This document shows positions 58,430-64,000 of a stretch of 64,000 bases of DNA, one piece after another. The position numbers and the translations under genes are program-made. Source of the stretch: the human T2T-CHM13v2.0 reference genome, Homo sapiens. Under the pieces are notes generated by a model that did no database searches, had not been told where the DNA came from, and saw only the letters and a program-made list of their open reading frames with translations. Numbering within the stretch: the stretch's first letter is position 1; every line of letters begins with the position of its first letter. The stretch is from assembly GCF_009914755.1 (NCBI RefSeq), contig NC_060931.1; one strand, 5' to 3'.

Positions 58430-58985
58430 CTCGTTGTAGAAGACAGCACTAGAACAGGGTACGATAGGAGACAACATAACTTGGAACATCAAGTCATGTT
58501 CAAATGAACAAATGTTTCTGAATATCTACACATGCTGACTTCTCAAAGGAGAAGGGATATGAGCACAAAGGTATTAGGGAAGGATTGCAAGAGGAAATGT
58601 CACTCAAATTTTTAAGGAGAGTTTGGCAAGTAAACAATTAAAAAAAGAAGGTGTTTCAGGTAGAAAGAAAAACTCATGCAGGAAACACATCTAAGTCAGG
58701 TCACAGGGTACATGTGGAGAACTATAAATAACTTAGTATTTCCAGAGGGCAAACTACTCAATAAGGAAATGAGAAAGACAGAACAGTAGAATTAGGGAAG
58801 AGCCAGACCAGGCCAAGGCTTTATGATCTGAGTTTTGTCCATTAAGAGATGAGAAGCATCTGAAAGTTTTCAATAAGGAGAGTAACTTGGTAAATTTATA
58901 CTAGCAAAATCTCTCACGGTGGCTATGGTAAGCTCATTTGGAAACAAAAGAGAGAAGTTGAGATGAATAGTTCAGAGAAGGAAAA
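58430..58985. mobile_element. L2 fragments
   Basis: ggccaaggctttatgatctgagttttgtcc...gaaagttttcaataaggagagtaacttgg. Confidence 0.55.
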
Positions 58986-59214
58986 AGACTTTCAAACATT
59001 TAAACTGCATGCATTTGAACATTTCTATCAAAACTTTGAGATAGGATGACATGTAGGGATAAAAACACGTAAGTCAGTGTATGAGTAATACTTTAAATCG
59101 TGAGGCTTCATGACCCAGAGAGTGCATGTCTGTTAAAGAAATGCCTAACACATGCAGGATAAAGGTACTAATAACTGTGGCAAACTAGGTCATTTCAGAT
59201 TGAAAATCTATATC

Positions 59215-59430
59215 AAAAATCAGCAAAGTATGGGTCAAGCCTGGTCTGCTGCCTATTTTGTAATACAGTATTCCTGGAATACAGCCATACCCATTCTTTT
59301 ACATATTGTCTATGACTGCTTTGACATGAAAACAGCAGAGTTGATAGTTGTGACAAAGACTGTGTAGACAGGCCACAAAGCCTAAAATATTTACTATCTG
59401 TTTCTTTACAGGAAAAAATTGCCTATTCCT
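59215..59430. mobile_element. MER58A-like hAT-Charlie element
   Basis: cagcaaagtatgggtcaag...ggaatacagccatacccatt...gcctaaaatatttactatctg...ctttacaggaaaaaattgcc. Confidence 0.8.
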
Positions 59431-60708
59431 AAAGTAAAAGAAGGTATCTTAGAGCCAGGCAAAGAAAGGGCTTGAGTTACTTCTTTAAAATGAGAGCATT
59501 CTACTAAATGATTTTCAAGATCCTTTTCCCTTGTAACAAAATAGGTTTGTACTATTCGAAAAGGGCAAGCATTGGCATTACTCATGAACATTATGTGATA
59601 CAGTGAAATGATCACTAGGCTTAATTTTGAACTGGGGATAATGCTATCTGTGATAATCAACTCTCAGGGTTGCTCTGAAGACTAAAGCCCTGGGATCATT
59701 CATTTTAAAAGAAAAGAACGGTGACTCATCATTTCAAGCTTTTCAGTAAGTGTCTGTTATTACTAACATTAACCTAATTATACTAATAATATACATTAGC
59801 AGGCCACATTTGCTGGGAGGGTTCTGGAAATTATAAATGTATTTGAAGTTCCATCTCATATCAATGGTAAGAGCAAGAAACACAAGCTCATAGTTGGATT
59901 TTTGATAGTTGAGGAAACAACTCAGAACTCAGTCATTCTATAAATACATTAACTAAGAAAATTTAAATCTAGAGGCCTCTCACTATATTCTCGAAGTGGA
60001 AATACTACTCAGTAGGCAGAGGAGTCATGCTGGTGACTTTAGCCTGTCCTACTGTTCCCAAATAAGTTTTTCAGTATTGACTCTGGGACTACCTTGACAA
60101 CACTTGCTACATTCCACCTTAGCAAGTAAAAGTAGAATTAAGCTTAAGTATTGAGCATTTAAGTAAAATTAAGTTCCATAATTCCATAAAACAAAATCTC
60201 TGGTACCCAGAAAATTGAATCATATTATACTTTTCAAAAGTATCACACTTAAACTTATTGCTAACAGGATTCAAGCCAAAAAAATCTGAATCTAGAAGTT
60301 TCTGGCACTGATTCCATTAGCTTTCTATACTTTCCATACAAGAACAGTTCAGGCTTTCCAAAACCTGCAAAAGTAATCTATTTTTAGGTGGCTACAGATC
60401 TTAATCCTAAGGCAACAGCATATAAGCCTGGTAATATTCTTACCATCTTCCTGTCTGCCAATAATTCAACCAATAGAAAAGGTTTTTTTCTGTTTTTATT
60501 TTTCAGAATATGAAGTATTACAGTAAAAAGGATTTCACTAAAAAAAATCATCTACCATACAGACACTATAGAAGGCTTGGAAAAGACATTGTAATATAAA
60601 AGATATATTTTAAATTGTGTCTATCCCTGGAACTCTATTAAAATTCAATATTAAGAAAGTCACAAAGGAGTCTAACTTGCCTTTCAAAGTAAGCTTTAAG
60701 AGCTTTCG

Positions 60709-60714
<6 letters not shown>

Positions 60715-60740
<26 letters not shown>
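60715..60740. repeat. (CA)13 microsatellite preceded by GTGCGCG
   Basis: Read directly from the sequence. Confidence 0.95.
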
Positions 60741-60997
60741 AACTTTTGCATATGAATAAAATCTTTTTAATTATACTTTGCCAAAAAATCTGGGATCTTC
60801 ATCTGCCTATTCAACCTTAAAAAACAAACCACAAAGTTCCCTCTCTAATCTTCCGTATCTTACTATCATTCGCCAAGTTTTATGAGACATAAAATTAGAG
60901 GTTATACTTCTTTTCTCTCATTTATTTAAGCTTCAATTCTTAATGCTTTAATCTCTTAAATGTATCTTGATTTCATTTTGTTCACTCCCACTAAAAC

Positions 60998-61343
60998 TAT
61001 CTGCCTTTGTTTTGCCTGCTATAACACATACCATCGACCAGATGGCTTATTAACACCAGAAATTTATTTCTCACAGTTCTGGAAGTTGGAAGTACAAGAT
61101 CAGATTGCCAGCATCATCAGGTACTCATGAGGGCCGTCTTCCAGCTTGCAGACTGCCAACTTCTCATTGTGTCCTCAGGTGGTGAGAACAAACCCTGACT
61201 CTTCTTAAAATGGCATTAATCTCATTGATGAGGGCTCTACTCTCAAGATCTAATCACCTCCCAAAGGACCCACCTCCTAATACCATCATTATGGGGGTTA
61301 ACCATATAAATTTTGAGGGGACACAAACATTCAGTCCAATACA
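60998..61343 (-). mobile_element. MaLR LTR, MLT1A0-like
   Basis: gctataacacatacc...aatttatttctcacagttctggaag...acccacctcctaataccatca...gacacaaacattcagtcc. Confidence 0.82.
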
Positions 61344-62622
61344 CTAACCTAGTCCTCACTACCACTATTATTTCTTGTACTATTATACTGCAGTAGCCTC
61401 CCAACTAAACCACAAATTTTTCTGCTTATTTTAATCTACTTTCTGTCCTGCATCCAGGATGTATAAAATGGAAATCTGATCACATCAATTAATACTAGGC
61501 AGTGCTGCTTTATAGACTTCAAACTTAGAAGGCCCAGCTCAAACTCAACACTTTACAATCTGCCATTCCTTCAGTTTCAGACACACTCAGTGGCTCTTTC
61601 TAATTCCAACCACTCTATGTGCTTCTTTGTCCATATAGAAATGCCAGTCCTCTCACTCCTCACAGAGTTGGACCCTGCTCAGTCTTCCAAATCTTGGCTT
61701 CCTCTCACATCCTTAAGATGACTTCTCCAGGCTAAATTGCCTCTTTTTCAAGCACACCTAGCTAAATTTCTCAAACCTTAGATGGTAGATAGAAGGGAAA
61801 GGGACCAGGGAATTTGTCAACTCCCAGTCACTAAAGTACTTTCCTGGCTAACTCTGGTCATTTTAAGTAAACTCTTATTATGAATCCTTATTTTAGAAAA
61901 AAACAGACCAATACAATTATTTCCTTAATATATAATAACCTGGAAAATTAGCTTATATAGAATATTTCAGAAATCTAAAGTAAGATGCTGTTTTTTTAAA
62001 AAAGATTATATTATCAAATAAGCTCCATGTAGGCCAAAATATCTATCGCACAGACATTAAATCAATACTATGTGAATCCATATTAAGTAATCTATTAGGT
62101 AAGGGAGAGAATAAGATCATTCCCTGCCAAGTGCTAACTGGATAGTATATATAAAATAAGTTTAAAATGAATTGGTAAGAAGAAACAGTGTGAGCATTAC
62201 TCAATATGGAGTCATTCTCAGATGGAAGGGCTTGGATAGACATGAAAGGATAGATTCACTGATGAAAAAATATTTTGTAACAGTTACTAAGCAGAAAGAA
62301 AAAACAATGAAACACAAAAATGGAAAATTTAGACTTAATCTGTAAAAATTGGACATAAAAAAGGAGGATAAGAAATGGACAAATACAAGAGAAAACATCA
62401 AAATAACCTATGAGTCTTGTGATAAGAATTAACATAGAAGGTCTCAAAAATGGCTTGAAATAGGAATACCATATCACCTGATTCATGTTTAACATGACTG
62501 TTAAAACCTAAATTATTCTGCTAAATCTACACATTAAAATCATGCATAAGAGCATATGAAAGCAAAAAGACTTCACAGCATGTTCTAGTATAGAAAATAT
62601 TTTTAGAAAAAGAAGCCATTTA

Positions 62623-62936
<314 letters not shown>

Positions 62937-63337
62937 CCATTTAGATGCCATCAAAGGCATCCCACTCTGTTTACAGATCAGGATTTTGAACTAAATTCAA
63001 AAACATTAAGTAACTTGGACAGGTTAAGAGACACTTGTTATTTGAAGACCTAGTACTTGTGCCTTAAATCTTAACTCTAGATTTGGTATCCTTACCATGC
63101 TCATTTTACAAGTTACATTTATACATGAAGTAATGCTCTTTTAAATATTATAATAACAAAGCCATATTAAAAGGCATACTTAAATTGCATTAAGTTTAGG
63201 TATTAATTACAAAATATAACCATTAACTTTAATAAATGATATTGAAAATACAATATTTGGTTCCATCTTTGTAAAGAAATAGCATGTGAGAATTAAAGCT
63301 AAAGTCTATTTCCATTATTTAAATAGAAGTCAATAGC

Positions 63338-63363
63338 AAAAAAAAAAAAAAAAAAAAAAAAAA
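63338..63363. repeat. Poly(A)26 tract
   Basis: Read directly from the sequence; no adjacent element recognised. Confidence 0.9.
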
Positions 63364-64000
63364 CTAGTGAGAGAAGTTGCCAGGCATCTTTTTAAAAAAC
63401 TGAATGACCACATAAATTGTTCAAATTTCTTACCTAGGGCTACGATCAATGTGAAATGCCTAACAAAGTCTAGTTTCATTTATTTTGCCTCCTGTGCATT
63501 TCATCTTAAATGTTATAAACTGATTTACTAGAATAGCACTGGAAAATAAATTCACAATCTTGCCAATCTCAGTCATCTGACCAACTTGACAAAACTACTT
63601 AAAATAGGGAAATAAATAGCAATGCCAAACTCTATGCTTAATCAAGAAAAATTTACTCATAAAACTTAGACAAAGTCCTCTGGAATTCATTTTATTCACA
63701 CATTGCTTCAGAATTCCATTCTATCTGAAAATAACTTACCATTAAAGGAATGAATACTAGCGAGGTATGCCCTATGAGAATCATTTCTTTACACATCAGT
63801 TACATGTCCATCACAACTAATCTCAGGGAGTATTCTATATCCCATAACACAAACTTTCCATTAACCATTTAGTCATAAGCAAAGATCTCCTAAAAGTTAC
63901 AACAACACCGTCAATTCTTTCTATTCAACATCTCCTACTAGAATGATTTCATCATTCCTCATTTTTGTGTTAGAAATGAATCCATTCATGACTGCAACTA

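Noticed and set aside
60483-60694. Strong plus-strand acceptor (tttttatttttcag| at 60506) with a possible donor at 60689
   Set aside because: Could be an antisense lncRNA exon, but nothing in the sequence separates it from the many decoy sites in T-rich intron.
63434-63889. Two minus-strand AG...GTAAG-bounded segments (about 63434-63538 and 63740-63889) considered as CRPPA exon 8
   Set aside because: Stops in all three frames and no match to the CRPPA protein; probably chance pseudo-exons.

Overview
Human-type (primate) genomic DNA, AT-rich and dense in interspersed repeats. The window lies inside the minus-strand gene CRPPA (ISPD; CDP-L-ribitol pyrophosphorylase A, a dystroglycanopathy gene). 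One 132-bp in-frame coding exon at 39833-39964 reads [44 protein letters not shown], which I recognise as residues 374-417 (exon 9 of 10). The ORF track misses it; everything else is intron 9 (left) or intron 8 (right). A full-length L1PA2-type LINE-1 (40196-46232, + strand, 15-bp TSD) sits antisense to the gene, only 231 nt upstream of the exon 9 acceptor. Its ORF1 is intact, but ORF2 carries a catalytic endonuclease change (D205Y) plus a C-terminal stop and frameshift, and ORF0 is truncated. Its antisense promoter points directly at exon 9, and an antisense AATAAA lies near its 3' end: a 'gene-breaking' geometry. Also present are an RPL36A processed pseudogene with a nested Alu, about ten Alu/FLAM elements, MaLR and ERV1 LTRs, old L1/L2/MIR/hAT fossils, two short local templated duplications, a candidate poison exon, a candidate antisense exon in an MLT1 LTR and a few enhancer-like motif clusters. 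I do not see a genuinely new biological system. The best leads are the L1-ASP/CRPPA chimera and the local templated insertions. Repeat subfamily names and boundaries are from recognition by eye and are approximate unless a TSD is given.
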